Below, one piece after another: positions 1 to 11,000 of a stretch of DNA of 64,000 bases. The DNA comes from an uncultured Chloroflexia bacterium (GTDB taxonomy: Bacteria > Chloroflexota > Limnocylindria > Limnocylindrales > CSP1-4): NCBI GenBank assembly GCA_963828165.1, contig CAWHDR010000001.1, forward strand, positions 1,280,001 through 1,344,000, given 5' to 3'. Both the position numbers and the translations under genes were made by a program. The first letter of the stretch is position 1, and each line of letters starts with the position of its first letter. The notes below the pieces were generated by a model. It saw only the letters and a program-made list of their open reading frames with translations, was not told where the DNA came from and searched no databases.

Positions 1-39
1 GGTCACGCGCCGTCCGCCGCCGGGGCACCGCTCGATATC

Positions 40-1209
40 ATGCTTGGGCTCTTCCTTCTGTTCGTGGGGGCCAAGTTCGGCGAGGAGGTGGCCCGCCGGT
101 TGGGTCAACCCGCGGTCGTCGGGGAGCTGGTCGGCGGGTTCCTGGTGGGTCCCGCCGCCTTCGGGCTGGTTGTTCCCGGGGAGACGGCGTTCGTTCTCGC
201 GGAGATCGGCGTAGTCATCCTGCTGTTCTCCGTCGGCCTCGAGGTGCGTCTCGACGATCTACTCGCCGTCGGGAGGCCGGCGTTCCTCACGGCGATCGTG
301 GCGATGATCCTGCCGATGGGGGCCGGTGTCGCCATCTCGCTGATCGGTGGAGAGGCTCTGACGACGGCCGCCTTCGTCGGACTCGCCTTGGCGGCTACCA
401 GCATCGGGATCACAAGCCGGGTCCTTGCCGACATGGGCGTGCTCGACAGGACCTTCGCGCGGGTCGTGCTGGGCGCCGCCGTGATAGATGACGTCCTCGC
501 GCTGATCCTCATCGGACTCATATCGGGTGCCGCGGCGGGCGACGTGTCGGGATCCACGCTGCTCGTTGCGGTCGCTGCGATCGGATTGGTCGCGCTCGGG
601 TTCGCCGCCGCACGGCGCGCGCGCGGGCTGCGTCGAGAGGTCTTCACCTGGCCGCTATTCGCGGACACGCCGCTGGTCCCCGCGTTCATCCTCATGTTCG
701 CGGTGGCGCTCGTCTCCGCCGCGATCGGGCTGGCGGCCATCATCGGCGCGTTCGTGGCCGGCCTGATCGTGGCGGAAACCGAGGCGCAGGACGAGCTGGA
801 GAACGAGATCCGGCCACTCGGACAGATCTTCACCCCGTTCTTCTTTGCGGTCACAGGCGCCCAGGTGGACCTGGGTGCCCTGTTCGATCCTGGGATCGCG
901 GTGCTCGCGATCGTCCTGACTGTCGCCGGCGTGGTCACCAAGGCGGCAGGTGGTGTGATCGGAGCGCGGTCCATCGGCCGCTGGGGTTCGGCGGCCGTCG
1001 GGTTCGGGATGGTGCCTCGAGGCGAGGTGGGCATCGTCGTGGCGAACCTCGGCCTCGCCGCGGGGTTGCTCTCGGCCGGCCTTTTCAGCGCCGTGCTCGT
1101 AGCGGTCGTTGTCACGACCGTCATCGCGCCATATCTACTGGCCTGGGTTATCCCGCGAGCGGCCGCCGAGGCGCAGGGGCATGCCGCTGCGGAGCTCCCT
1201 CAAGCCTGA
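40..1209 (+). CDS. cation:proton antiporter (CPA2/KefB/NapA family)
   Basis: About 12 hydrophobic segments; motifs LLFSVGLE, AAVIDD, GMVPRGEV. The frame is open from base 1, so the true start may lie upstream of the window. Confidence 0.9.
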   Translation: MLGLFLLFVGAKFGEEVARRLGQPAVVGELVGGFLVGPAAFGLVVPGETAFVLAEIGVVILLFSVGLEVRLDDLLAVGRPAFLTAIVAMILPMGAGVAISLIGGEALTTAAFVGLALAATSIGITSRVLADMGVLDRTFARVVLGAAVIDDVLALILIGLISGAAAGDVSGSTLLVAVAAIGLVALGFAAARRARGLRREVFTWPLFADTPLVPAFILMFAVALVSAAIGLAAIIGAFVAGLIVAETEAQDELENEIRPLGQIFTPFFFAVTGAQVDLGALFDPGIAVLAIVLTVAGVVTKAAGGVIGARSIGRWGSAAVGFGMVPRGEVGIVVANLGLAAGLLSAGLFSAVLVAVVVTTVIAPYLLAWVIPRAAAEAQGHAAAELPQA

Positions 1210-1213
1210 GGCC

Positions 1214-1897
1214 CTACCGCCGGCGGAACAGCCCCCGCCGGTCGCGCGTTTCGTCCGTCGCCGAGCGACGCCGGCCCGTCTGCCGCAGGATCGCGTCGAT
1301 CTCATCGCGATAGGGGCGCCCGATCGGCATCCGGTCGAGCCATTCGAGGTACTCGAGGTCCGAACGCGCGATCTCTCCGAGCGACCAGCCGTCGTAGCGC
1401 CCGAAGTTCATGACGCTGCCCGATGGATTTCCCGGCGGTTGGCCAGCGGCTCCCATGTGGTCTGGCGTGCGCATGGATGGGTCGTAGCCGCCACCGAGCG
1501 ATGAGCGGCCACTCGACCAGTCGCTCGAGACCGTCTCTGGCTCGGGTGACCGAGGTCGAGACCCGTCCCGGGGCGCGGACCCCGGTCTCGCGGCGCCCTG
1601 GGGGGCATTCGGAGCCGTGGCGGCGGACCCGCCAGTGGCGGCGTCCGCGGGCGACCCTGCACTGCTTCGGGAAACTGCCGCCTGAAGGGCTCGCTGTCGG
1701 TCGTGGGCGGCGCGCCGCCGCGGGTCCCCGAGCACCTCCCACGCGGCGTTGATCGCCTCCATCCGCCCGCTCGACTCGGGCCCCGTCGCCGTGTCCGGGT
1801 GGTACTTGCGGGCGAGGCGTCGATACGCGGCGGCGATCACCTCGTCCTCCGCCTCCGGGTCGACCTGGAGGACCTTGTACGGATCCGAGCCAGTCAC
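1214..1897 (-). CDS. J-domain (DnaJ-like) protein with small C-terminal FGRY-G domain
   Basis: N-terminal DPYKVLQV...AYRRLARKYHPD (HPD motif), low-complexity linker, C-terminal MNFGRYDGWSLGEIARSDLEYLEWL. Confidence 0.85.
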   Translation of the reverse strand: MTGSDPYKVLQVDPEAEDEVIAAAYRRLARKYHPDTATGPESSGRMEAINAAWEVLGDPRRRAAHDRQRALQAAVSRSSAGSPADAATGGSAATAPNAPQGAARPGSAPRDGSRPRSPEPETVSSDWSSGRSSLGGGYDPSMRTPDHMGAAGQPPGNPSGSVMNFGRYDGWSLGEIARSDLEYLEWLDRMPIGRPYRDEIDAILRQTGRRRSATDETRDRRGLFRRR

Positions 1898-3220
1898 GCC
1901 GATGCGCTCTCGGTGGTCGCCGGGCCCTCGACGGTCGGCACACCCGGGTGCGACTCCAGCCCCAGGGTCGCGATGGAGTCGGCAAGCGCGGTCGAATCAC
2001 CCGGACTGGCACGGCGGAACAGGTAACGCACGACGTCGCGGGCCGCGGCGGTCACCGGCAGGGCAAGGATCGCCCCCAGGAGACCCGCCAGCGCCCCGCC
2101 GATGATGATCGCGAACATGACCGCCGCGGGATGCATCTCAACGGCGTCACCCTGGATCTTGGGCACGAGGAGGTTGTTCTCGATCTGCTGGACGAGGGTG
2201 TAGAGGACGAGCGCGGCGATGACGGGTTCGATCCCGGCCGTCGCCGCGAGCAGGACCGCCGGCACGGCCGAGATGATCGGCCCGATGATCGGGAGCAGCT
2301 CCAGGATGCCAGCCGTCACGGACAGCAGGATCGCGTAGCGCCCGAACACGGGATCCACCAGCTCGCTGAGCACGGACAGGCCGACGAACGTGAACACACC
2401 GACCGTGATCCCGAGCACGAGCTGTGCCCGGACCCACTGGCCGAAGACCCGCCGGCCGATGCGGAGGACCGCCCAGACGTCGAACCGCCAGGCTGCGGGC
2501 AGGCTTCGGTCGAATTGGCCGGTCAGCACGCTCCGGTCCTTGAGGATGTAGAAGACCCAGACCGGGCAGCAGCAGGTAGCCGAAGATCGCCCCGATGAAG
2601 CTGCCCGCACCGGTCAGGACCGGGAGGAAGATCGAGAAGTCGATCGCCGGCGAGCCTCCGTCGCCCTGGCCGATGCCCGCGATCACCGAATCGATGTAGT
2701 CGCGGAGCGCCTCGGGCAGTTGCAGCCGCGCGTAGATCTCGGACAGCCGTTCGATCTGGAGCTGGAGCTGCACCGTCAGGGCGGGGAAGTCCTGGACGAA
2801 CCGGACGAGCTCGTTCACCAGCGGGGTAAGGGTGAGACTGACGATCTCGACGATCGCCACGATCGTCACGACGTAGACGAGCAGGATCGCCAGGGTCCGT
2901 CGCATGCCTCGTCGGACCAGCCAGCGCACCGGCGGCTCGAGCAGGTAGACGAGCAGCAGGCCGACGACGAAGGGGCGCACGGCGTCGCGCGCCATCCAGA
3001 GCAGCACGCCGAGGACGATCGCAGCGGCGATGAGCACGGCGACGCGCGGCGAAAGCGCGGCGAATCGGGGTTCGGTCGGGCTGCTGGCCGGGTCGATGAA
3101 GGGTGGTGGTGGAAGCGTGGCGACCCAGGCGGTCGACGCCGACGTTGCCCCCGCTGCACCAGGTGTCGCTTCCGTCGGGGCGGGCTCACGGCCTGCCGGC
3201 GACCGCTCGCGCTCGTCCAT
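1894..3220 (-). CDS. AI-2E family transporter (one frameshift near 2565)
   Basis: Two ORF-track frames join at GYLLLP|VWVFYILKD (CCCGGTC vs expected CCGGTC). Motifs LELLPIIGP, QQIENNLLVPKI, HPAAV, GAILALP. Confidence 0.85.
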
Positions 3221-3240
3221 CGTCGGGCAGACTACCAGAC

Positions 3241-3936
3241 GTGTCCGAGCGTCCCGCGAACACGCCCGAGCCGCGCCAGCGCTGGCGTCTCGTGGTCGCG
3301 CGTTCCGCCGCCGCGCCCGAACAGCCGCAGCGGGAAGTGACCGACAGCTGGCTCGCGGCCATCGCGGATGCCGGGTTGCCCGTGGCCTGGACCGAGGGCG
3401 CGCGATCGCGGGCGCGGGTCGCGTTCGGGGCGCCGCTCCCCATCGGGATGGCCGCAAATGCGGAACTCATCGACGTCGTCCTGACCGAGCGCTGGCCCGC
3501 GTGGCGCCTTCGCGAGACCCTGACTGGGCACGTGCCGGCCGGCTGGCGTCTCGTCGACGTGCAGGACGTGTGGCTTGCGGGCCCAGCTCTCGCCGGCCGG
3601 GTCGCCGCGGCCGACTATCGGGTGGTCCTCGCAGGGGATGTGCCGATCGACCGGCTCCGCGCGGCCGCCGACGCGTTGCTCGCAGCCCCGAGCCTGCCAC
3701 GCAGCCGTGCCCGGGGCGACGAGAGCGTGAAGTACGACCTGCGTCCGTTACTGATCGATGTCGCGATCGAGGGCGGCCCACCCGTGACCGTGGCCACCCG
3801 TACCCGCTTTCATCCCGAGCTCGGGACGGGCAGACCCGAAGAGGTCGTTGCCGCCCTTGCGGACCGCATCGGCGAGAGGCTCGAGACGTCGTCGATCGTC
3901 CGCGAGCGCCTGGTCCTCGCCGAGGACCTCACCTGA
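3241..3936 (+). CDS. DUF2344 / TIGR03936 radical-SAM-associated protein (divergent)
   Basis: AGLPVAWTEG...FGAPLPIG...ELID and DLRPL...GTGRPEEV; upstream of rplU, as is common for the family. GTG start chosen from a -10-like CAGACT 7 nt upstream. Confidence 0.75.
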   Translation: MSERPANTPEPRQRWRLVVARSAAAPEQPQREVTDSWLAAIADAGLPVAWTEGARSRARVAFGAPLPIGMAANAELIDVVLTERWPAWRLRETLTGHVPAGWRLVDVQDVWLAGPALAGRVAAADYRVVLAGDVPIDRLRAAADALLAAPSLPRSRARGDESVKYDLRPLLIDVAIEGGPPVTVATRTRFHPELGTGRPEEVVAALADRIGERLETSSIVRERLVLAEDLT

Positions 3937-4211
3937 GCCCAAATTCCGCGATCTGGCGCCGACCAAGGGCTTCCTTGCCGGCCCCGCTTGGCAATCCTTG
4001 TCAGAAGTGCGCGAAGCCAGCACGAGACGAAGGCGCATCGTCCCTCGGACGCTCGATCAGCCCCGATTCGTGGCAACGAGCCGCGAGCACAGACATCTGA
4101 GCAGAATTCAAGCGCGAGAGCCTCTCCAAGGCACGCCATCGACCGTGAGTCATCGGCGCGTGCCGGCCACACGAGCACATGACAAGAACACGGGCATCGC
4201 ATGCCGCTCGA

Positions 4212-4240
4212 TTGACCCGTTCGGGGTTCGGTCGTACACT
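4212..4240 (+). promoter_or_regulatory. sigma70-type promoter for rplU-rpmA-rpmE
   Basis: TTGACC-17 nt-TACACT. Confidence 0.75.
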
Positions 4241-4327
4241 TCCCGTTCGCGCTTGGCTCGGCCAGGCGTCTTTCCCTGTCCGTCGTGCAGTGGCCGCGTG
4301 CCACCGCCACCAACATCCTGAGGATCC

Positions 4328-5002
4328 ATGTACGCAGTCATCGAGACCGGCGGGAAGCAGTACCGCGTCGAGGTCGGAACCGAACTCGAGGTCGAGCTGC
4401 TGGACGCTGAGCCGGGCAAGACCGTCACGCTCGATCGCGTGCTGCTGGTCGCCGACGGCGACGACGCCTCGATCGGCCAGCCGGTGGTCGATGGCGCCGC
4501 CGTCAGCGCCGAGATCGTCCGACGCGACCGCGGGCCCAAGCTCATCTCGTTCAAGTACCGCCCCAAGGCCCGCACCCGGGTCAAGAAGGGCCACCGCCAG
4601 GAGCTGACGATCCTGCGCATCAGCGACATCACGCTCAACGGCAAGAGCGCCGCGAAGTCGGCAGCCAAGGCGGAGTCGGACGCCAAGACCGAGCGACAGC
4701 GTCTGGAGGAGGCCGCCTCGGCCCAGGCCGCGAAGGACGCCGAGCTCGCCGCGAAGTTGGCAGCGACCAAGGAGCCAACGAAGAAGTCGAGCACCAAGGC
4801 ATCGAGCGCCAAGGCATCGAGCGCCAAGGGCGCATCCGACGCCAAGGCTGAGACGAAGGCCGACACGAAGGCCTCAGCCAAGGCCGATGCCAAGACGGCG
4901 CCGAAGAAGACGACCACCAAGGCGAAGGCCGCCGACGCCGACGAGGCCAAGGCCGCGCCCAAGAAGAGCGCTCCGAAGCGCGCCACCAAGAAGGACGAGT
5001 AG
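4328..5002 (+). CDS. rplU: 50S ribosomal protein L21 with long Ala/Lys-rich C-terminal extension
   Basis: [14 protein letters not shown]...KKGHRQELT, followed by a tail of about 120 aa. Confidence 0.97.
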   Translation: MYAVIETGGKQYRVEVGTELEVELLDAEPGKTVTLDRVLLVADGDDASIGQPVVDGAAVSAEIVRRDRGPKLISFKYRPKARTRVKKGHRQELTILRISDITLNGKSAAKSAAKAESDAKTERQRLEEAASAQAAKDAELAAKLAATKEPTKKSSTKASSAKASSAKGASDAKAETKADTKASAKADAKTAPKKTTTKAKAADADEAKAAPKKSAPKRATKKDE

Positions 5003-5007
5003 GACCC

Positions 5008-5283
5008 ATGGCACACAAGAAGGCGGGCGGCAGCGTCAAGAACGGCCGTGACAGCGCCGGCCAGCGCCTGGGCGTGAAGGCCGGCGACGGCCAGCTCGTC
5101 CCGGCAGGCTCGATCATCGTGCGCCAGCGCGGGATGACGTTCCTCGCGGGCCCCGGCACCGGGCTGGGACGCGATTACACCGTGTTCGCGACCGTGGCCG
5201 GCAAGGTCAAGTTCGAGCACGCCACCAAGGACAAGAAGCGCATCCGGGTCGAGGCGGTCGAAACCGCCGCGACGACCGCCTAG
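5008..5283 (+). CDS. rpmA: 50S ribosomal protein L27
   Basis: [16 protein letters not shown]...IIVRQRG. Confidence 0.98.
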   Translation: MAHKKAGGSVKNGRDSAGQRLGVKAGDGQLVPAGSIIVRQRGMTFLAGPGTGLGRDYTVFATVAGKVKFEHATKDKKRIRVEAVETAATTA

Positions 5284-5367
5284 GTCGCCCACGCACACCC
5301 GGAACAGCCGGCGACCACCGGCGGGGCGATGGCCCTGCACGGAAGGCGTCGGAGGAGAGAATCACCC

Positions 5368-5580
5368 GTGAAGCCCGATATCCATCCCACGTATTACGAA
5401 GCCAAGGTCCATTGCGGCTCGTGCGGCACCGAGTGGACCGTCGGGTCCACCCGACCCGAGCTGCGCGTGGACGTGTGCAGCAACTGCCACCCGTTCTTCA
5501 CGGGCACGCAGAACATCATCGACACGGCCGGTCAGGTCGAGCGCTTCCAGAAGCGCCTGGAGCGCCAGACCCGCAGCTAG
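5368..5580 (+). CDS. rpmE: 50S ribosomal protein L31 (Zn-binding CxxC type)
   Basis: GTG start after GGAGG; KPDIHP.Y...CGSCG...DVCSNCHPFFTG. Confidence 0.97.
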   Translation: MKPDIHPTYYEAKVHCGSCGTEWTVGSTRPELRVDVCSNCHPFFTGTQNIIDTAGQVERFQKRLERQTRS

Positions 5581-5603
5581 GCGCCCGATCTCGACCACAC
5601 AAG

Positions 5604-5629
5604 ACGACCGGCCCGCGAGGGCCGGTCGT
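5604..5629 (+). terminator. hairpin terminator after rpmE
   Basis: ACGACCGGCCC-GCGA-GGGCCGGTCGT, a perfect 11-bp stem with a GNRA loop; weak U tract. Confidence 0.65.
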
Positions 5630-5680
5630 TGCGATTCCGGGTTGCCGCAACGCCGGTACAACGCCGGTAGACTTGCCGGG

Positions 5681-6712
5681 ATGTCAGCCACCCCCGCACC
5701 GCCGGTCGCGTCCGACGGCCGTCCTCGGTACGCCTACGGCGGCCAGGCCCTCATGGAAGGCGTCCTCATGCGCGGTCGCGACGCGATCGCGGTGGCGCTA
5801 CGCCATCCGGACGGTCGCATCGTCATCGCCACCGAGCGGCTGGACAAGGGAGTCCACGCGTCCCCGGCCGCGAAATGGCCGTTCGTGCGGGGATTGGTCC
5901 TTCTCTACGAAACCCTGGTCATCGGGACGCGTTGGCTGATCCGCAGCGCGAACGTGCAGGCCGAGGAGGACGAGGTCGAGCTCGGCAAGGGCTCGATCGT
6001 CGTGATGCTCCTGATCACGTTCGCGGCGGCGATCGCGGCCTTCACGCTGCTGCCGTTGTTCATCTCGAGCGTCGCGACGTCCGGCGCCACCCAGGGTTGG
6101 GCCCAGCCCGCGCTCGAGGGCATCATCCAGGTCGGTCTCTTCCTGGGGTACCTGACGCTGGTATCGCGCGCACCCGACATCCATCGGGTCTTCCAGTACC
6201 ACGGCGCCGAGCACATGACGATCCACGCCCTCGAGGCCGGCGATCCGTTGACGGTCGACGCGGTCCGCAAGTACCCGACCGCCCACCACCGCTGCGGCAC
6301 CGAGTTCCTCGTGATCCTGATCCTCCTGTCGATCTTCACGTTCTCGCTGGTCGGCAAGCAGGAGCCGCTGGTCATGATCGCGAGCCGGATCCTGCTGATC
6401 CCGGTGCTCGCCGGGGTGGGCTACGAGATCCTCAAGCTGGGGGCCAAGTTCCGCCACAACCCGATCGTCCGCGTGATCATGTATCCGGGCATCCTGGTCC
6501 AGATGATCACGACCAAGCGTCCGACCGACGACATGATCGAAGTCGCCATCACGTCCATGGAAGAAGCCCTCGTCGCCGACGGCAACGAGATCCCGGCCGG
6601 GTCGACCGATTTCGACCGATCGCCGATGGAGCTGAGCAAGCCAACGGACGAGCCCGGATCACCCGATGCGGTCGGAACGGCGAAGCCGGGCGAGTCGCCA
6701 CCGCTGACATGA
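5681..6712 (+). CDS. DUF1385 membrane protein (putative metal-binding)
   Basis: [29 protein letters not shown]; typical rpmE-DUF1385-prfA/prmC context. Confidence 0.92.
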   Translation: MSATPAPPVASDGRPRYAYGGQALMEGVLMRGRDAIAVALRHPDGRIVIATERLDKGVHASPAAKWPFVRGLVLLYETLVIGTRWLIRSANVQAEEDEVELGKGSIVVMLLITFAAAIAAFTLLPLFISSVATSGATQGWAQPALEGIIQVGLFLGYLTLVSRAPDIHRVFQYHGAEHMTIHALEAGDPLTVDAVRKYPTAHHRCGTEFLVILILLSIFTFSLVGKQEPLVMIASRILLIPVLAGVGYEILKLGAKFRHNPIVRVIMYPGILVQMITTKRPTDDMIEVAITSMEEALVADGNEIPAGSTDFDRSPMELSKPTDEPGSPDAVGTAKPGESPPLT

Positions 6713-7809
6713 GCGACCTCGACGCCACGCTGGCCGAGATCGCGCTCCAGTACGACGACCTCCAGGCCCAGCTCTCGCGGCCGGAGACCAGCACCGATCC
6801 GAACCTGATCCGCAAGCTCGGCAAGGAGCTCGCCCGGCTCGAGCCCACGGTCGCGGCGTACCGGCGTCTCGAGGCCATCCGATCGGAGCTGGCCGGCGTG
6901 CGGGAGCTCAACGATGCCGGCGATGGCGACGACGAGATGCGGGCCATGGCCCGCGAAGAGATCGATCGGCTGGAGCTCGAGCAGACGCGCCTCATCGACG
7001 AGCTGAAGGTGCTCCTGCTGCCGCGCGACCCGAACGACGACCGCGACGTCATCCTCGAGATCCGCGCCGGTGCCGGTGGCGACGAGGCCGCCCTGTTCGC
7101 GGCGGAGCTGCTCCGGATGTACACGCGCTATGCGGGCCGGCACCGGTACAAGCCGGACGTCATGAGCATGAACGAGACCGGCATCGACGGGATCAAGGAG
7201 GCCATCGTCCAGGTCCGAGGCGATGGCGCCTACAGCCGCCTCAAGTTCGAGGGCGGCGTCCACCGCGTGCAGCGCATCCCTGCGACGGAGTCGAGCGGTC
7301 GGATCCATACCTCGACGGTCACGGTCGTCGTCCTGCCGGAGGCCGACGAAGTCGAGGTCGAGATCGACGAGGAGAAGGATCTCCGGATCGACGTCAAGCG
7401 TTCATCCGGACCCGGTGGTCAGTCCGTCAACACGACCGACTCGGCCGTTCGCATCACCCATCTGCCGAGCGGGCTCGTGGTCGAGATCCAGGACGAGAAG
7501 AGCCAGCACAAGAACAAGGCGAAAGCCCTCGCCGTGCTGCGCTCGCGCCTGTTCGATCTCGAGATCCAGAAGCAGCGGGCCGCCGACTCGGCCGCCCGGC
7601 GATCGATGGTCGGATCGGGCGATCGGAGCGACAAGGTCCGGACGTACAACTACCCGCAGGATCGCGTCACGGACCACCGCATCGGCAAGACCGTGCACAA
7701 CCTGCCGGGTGTGCTCGCAGGCGATCTCGATGAGCTCATCGACGCCCTGATCATGGTGGACCAGGCGGAGCGGCTGTCCGGGGTGGTGGGAAACGATGAC
7801 GCCGCCTGA
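6709..7809 (+). CDS. prfA: peptide chain release factor 1
   Basis: GGQ motif (GPGGQSVN), RF1 PxT motif (RIPATES); ATGA overlap with DUF1385. Confidence 0.97.
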   Translation: MSDLDATLAEIALQYDDLQAQLSRPETSTDPNLIRKLGKELARLEPTVAAYRRLEAIRSELAGVRELNDAGDGDDEMRAMAREEIDRLELEQTRLIDELKVLLLPRDPNDDRDVILEIRAGAGGDEAALFAAELLRMYTRYAGRHRYKPDVMSMNETGIDGIKEAIVQVRGDGAYSRLKFEGGVHRVQRIPATESSGRIHTSTVTVVVLPEADEVEVEIDEEKDLRIDVKRSSGPGGQSVNTTDSAVRITHLPSGLVVEIQDEKSQHKNKAKALAVLRSRLFDLEIQKQRAADSAARRSMVGSGDRSDKVRTYNYPQDRVTDHRIGKTVHNLPGVLAGDLDELIDALIMVDQAERLSGVVGNDDAA

Positions 7810-10078
7810 GGCCGCCGACGTCCGGTTCCTGCCGGCACGCGACGTCCCGATCGAGCGGGCGACCGACCTTGGCTCCGTCCAGGTCCTCAAGCACGGCAAC
7901 CGGTATCTCCTGACGGATTCGTTCGGCGACATCCATCCGGATTCGCGCGGGCTCGGCCTGTACCAGGGAGACAGCCGGTCGCTGTCGTGCGCCGTGCTCC
8001 GGGTCGGAGGCGTCCGGCCGGTGCTGCTCCAGACGTCGGTAGGGGGCAACTACCGCGGCAGCATCCAGATGACGAACCCATCGGCCGACCGCAACCCGGA
8101 CGCGAAGGTCCATCCGCTGGACGAACTGGTGGGGCGGACGATCGGCATCAGTCGCGAGCGGCTCATCGGTGCGGACGGCTACGAGGAGCGCGTGCGGATC
8201 GTCAACCACGCGGCCCTGCCCGCCAGCCTCCCGCTCGAGCTCGAGCTCGGCATGGACGGCGCCGACATCTTCGAGGTTCGGGGGTTCCCGCGGACCGAAC
8301 GCGGCCGGCTCCTGCCGATCGCCATCACCGACCGGCGGATCACCTTCCGCTATGACGGGGTCGATGGCGTCCAGTGCCTGACCCATATCGAGCTTTCGGA
8401 GCCGGTGCAGACCATCGACCTGGTCGCCGAGGTCGCGCCCGATGGCCGGAACGCGGGCGCCGCGATCCGCCTGAAGTGGGCGCTGACGATGGGTCCCGAC
8501 GAGACACGCGAGGTGTGCTGGACGGTCTGGACCTCGCAGCGCGAGGCCCCGGGCGCGGATCGCGATGAGGTGACCGATCGCCGGGAGCTCGACGTCCTGT
8601 TCCCGTCGGCGCCTCGCGTCTCGCGCGACGAGGGAGCGGCTGCGTACCACGCCTGGGAGCGCGGCACGACATCGGTCGATAGCGACCACGAGCTGTTCAA
8701 CCTCGTGCTCAAGCGGTCCGTCTCCGATCTCCGGCTGCTCGTCAACGACGGGCCTGGCCCGGGTGAGCGCTACATCGCGGCGGGGGTGCCGTGGTTCACC
8801 ACGCTGTTCGGACGCGATGCGTTGATCACGGCCTTCCAGTCGCTGGCATTCCGGCCGCAGATCGCCGTGGAGACTTTGGAAGTGCTGGCTGCCCACCAGG
8901 CCACAGAGGACGATCCCTGGCGGGACGCGGAGCCGGGCAAGATCCTCCACGAGCTGCGGACCGGCGAGCTGGCCCGGGCCGGTGAACTGCCCCACACGCC
9001 CTACTACGGCTCGGTCGATTCGACGCCGCTGTGGCTGATCCTCCTGGGTGCCACGTTCGATTGGACTGGAGACCGCGCGCTCGTCGACCGCTTGTGGCCC
9101 AACGCGCTCGCGGCGCTCGAGTGGATCGACAAGAGCGGCGACCACGACGGGGACGGCTTCGTGGAGTACGCGCGGCGCTCCGAACGAGGCCTCCTGAACC
9201 AGGGCTGGAAGGATTCCAGCGACGCCATCCGCGACCGGACGGGTGCCGCAGCAGAGGCGCCGATCGCCCTGGCCGAGGTCCAGGGCTATGTGTTCGATGC
9301 CAAGCGGCGGATGGCGGACCTTGCCCGGGTGCGGGGCGAGGCCGAGATGGCGGCACGGCTGGACGCCGAGGCGGAGACGCTGGCCGCCCGCTTCGAGGCC
9401 GCGTTCTGGGTCGAGGACCAGCGCTACTACGCGATGGCGCTCGACGGCGACAAGCACCAGTTCGATGCGATCGCGAGCAACGCCGGGCAATGCCTGTGGT
9501 CGGGCATCGTCTCGCGCGATCGAGCGCGCGATGTCGTCGACCAGCTCCTGCAACCCTCGATGTTCTCGGGCTGGGGGATCCGGACCCTCGCAGCGGGGCA
9601 GCCAGGCTACAACCCGATCGGCTATCACACCGGGACCGTGTGGCCGCACGACACATCACTGATCGCGGCCGGGTTCAAGCGCTACGGCTTCGACGATGCA
9701 TCGAATCGGCTGGCCGGCCAGATGATGGAAGCCGCTCAGCGATTCACCGACTACCGCCTGCCCGAGCTGTTCTGCGGGTTCGACGACACCGACTCGCACA
9801 CGCCGGTGCCCTATCCCGTCGCCTGTTCCCCGCAGGCCTGGGCGGCAGGCGCCTCGTTCCTCTTCCTTCAGACGATGCTCGGGCTGCGCGCGCACGCCGA
9901 CCGCGGCGAGCTCGAGCTGTTCCACCCGCACCTGCCGGATTGGATCGGCAAGGTCACGCTGACGGACCTGCGGGTGGGCGACGCCTCGGTCGACCTGCTC
10001 TTCCACCGCTGGCGCGGCACGACCAGCGCGGAGGTCCTGCGCAAGGTCGGAGACCTGGCCATCACGATCCGGCTCTGA
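7796..10078 (+). CDS. glycogen-debranching / amylo-alpha-1,6-glucosidase-like (alpha/alpha)6 glycoside hydrolase
   Basis: [61 protein letters not shown]. Confidence 0.88.
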   Translation: MTPPEAADVRFLPARDVPIERATDLGSVQVLKHGNRYLLTDSFGDIHPDSRGLGLYQGDSRSLSCAVLRVGGVRPVLLQTSVGGNYRGSIQMTNPSADRNPDAKVHPLDELVGRTIGISRERLIGADGYEERVRIVNHAALPASLPLELELGMDGADIFEVRGFPRTERGRLLPIAITDRRITFRYDGVDGVQCLTHIELSEPVQTIDLVAEVAPDGRNAGAAIRLKWALTMGPDETREVCWTVWTSQREAPGADRDEVTDRRELDVLFPSAPRVSRDEGAAAYHAWERGTTSVDSDHELFNLVLKRSVSDLRLLVNDGPGPGERYIAAGVPWFTTLFGRDALITAFQSLAFRPQIAVETLEVLAAHQATEDDPWRDAEPGKILHELRTGELARAGELPHTPYYGSVDSTPLWLILLGATFDWTGDRALVDRLWPNALAALEWIDKSGDHDGDGFVEYARRSERGLLNQGWKDSSDAIRDRTGAAAEAPIALAEVQGYVFDAKRRMADLARVRGEAEMAARLDAEAETLAARFEAAFWVEDQRYYAMALDGDKHQFDAIASNAGQCLWSGIVSRDRARDVVDQLLQPSMFSGWGIRTLAAGQPGYNPIGYHTGTVWPHDTSLIAAGFKRYGFDDASNRLAGQMMEAAQRFTDYRLPELFCGFDDTDSHTPVPYPVACSPQAWAAGASFLFLQTMLGLRAHADRGELELFHPHLPDWIGKVTLTDLRVGDASVDLLFHRWRGTTSAEVLRKVGDLAITIRL

Positions 10079-10091
10079 TCGCATCGCCGCG

Positions 10092-11000
10092 ATGACGTCG
10101 ACGCGAGCGCTCCTCGACGAGGGTGTCGACCGCCTGCGAGCGCTCGGCTTCGAGACCCCGCGACTGGATACCGAGCTGTTGCTGGCGCATGCGATCGGCG
10201 TCGAGCGCACGGCCGTCGTGGCCCACGGCGATGCACCCGTGGGGGCGGACGCCGAGGCCGCGTTCAGGGCATCCCTTGCCCGCCGTGCCGACGGGGAACC
10301 GGTCGCCTACATCCGCGGCATCAAGGAGTTCCACGGCATCGCGCTGGCCGTCGACAAGCGGGCGCTCATCCCTCGACCCGAGACCGAGCACGTCGTGGAC
10401 CTCGTCCTGGCGGAAGTCATGGCCCGGCTCACGGCTCGGGCCGGGGCGGGAACGACGGAGCCCCTGCGGATCGTCGATGTCGGAACGGGGAGTGGCGCCA
10501 TCGCGATCGCCCTGGCCGTTGGCTTGCGCGCCCGGCGGGTGCCCGTGGACGAGGTCGCGATCGTGGCCGTGGATGTGTCGGCCGACGCACTCGATCTCGC
10601 CCGCGAGAACGCCGTGGGCCACGCCGTGGGCGATCGCGTGACGTTCGAGGAGGCCGACCTCCTGCCGCCGACGTCGTCGGCCGCGCCGTGGGACGTCGTG
10701 GCGGCGAACCTGCCGTACGTCCGCTCCGGTGCGATGGCCTCGCTCCCGACGCCGACCACGTTCGAGCCCGCGGCGGCGCTTGATGGCGGACCCGACGGGC
10801 TGGCGGTGATCGCGCGCCTGCTGGACGAGCTGCCCGACGGCCTCGCCCGGGACGGGGTCGCATTCCTGGAGATCGGTGCGGACCAGGGAGAAGCGATCGT
10901 CGCGCTGGCCGGCCAGCGACTGGCGGGCTGGACATGCCGGGTCGAAACGGACCTTGCAGGTCTCCCGCGCACGGCGGTACTGCGTCGGCCGGCGGCATGA
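10092..11000 (+). CDS. prmC: release factor glutamine methyltransferase
   Basis: GEPVAYI, LIPRPETE, DVGTGSGAIA, NLPY variant of NPPY, LDGGPDGL. Confidence 0.95.
   Translation: MTSTRALLDEGVDRLRALGFETPRLDTELLLAHAIGVERTAVVAHGDAPVGADAEAAFRASLARRADGEPVAYIRGIKEFHGIALAVDKRALIPRPETEHVVDLVLAEVMARLTARAGAGTTEPLRIVDVGTGSGAIAIALAVGLRARRVPVDEVAIVAVDVSADALDLARENAVGHAVGDRVTFEEADLLPPTSSAAPWDVVAANLPYVRSGAMASLPTPTTFEPAAALDGGPDGLAVIARLLDELPDGLARDGVAFLEIGADQGEAIVALAGQRLAGWTCRVETDLAGLPRTAVLRRPAA

Noticed and set aside
2555-2575. Programmed frameshift or phase variation in the AI-2E gene
   Set aside because: Only a CCC run, with no slippery heptamer or long tract; a sequencing error is more parsimonious.
5875-6708. 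ORF-track N-terminal extensions of prfA, tsaC, glyA, hpf, the DegS-like kinase and others
   Set aside because: They overlap upstream genes in another frame; true starts are supported by ATGA/GTGA coupling or an SD.
10700-10720. NLPY instead of NPPY in PrmC as a sign of inactivation
   Set aside because: All other motifs are intact and NLPY is a natural variant in some lineages.
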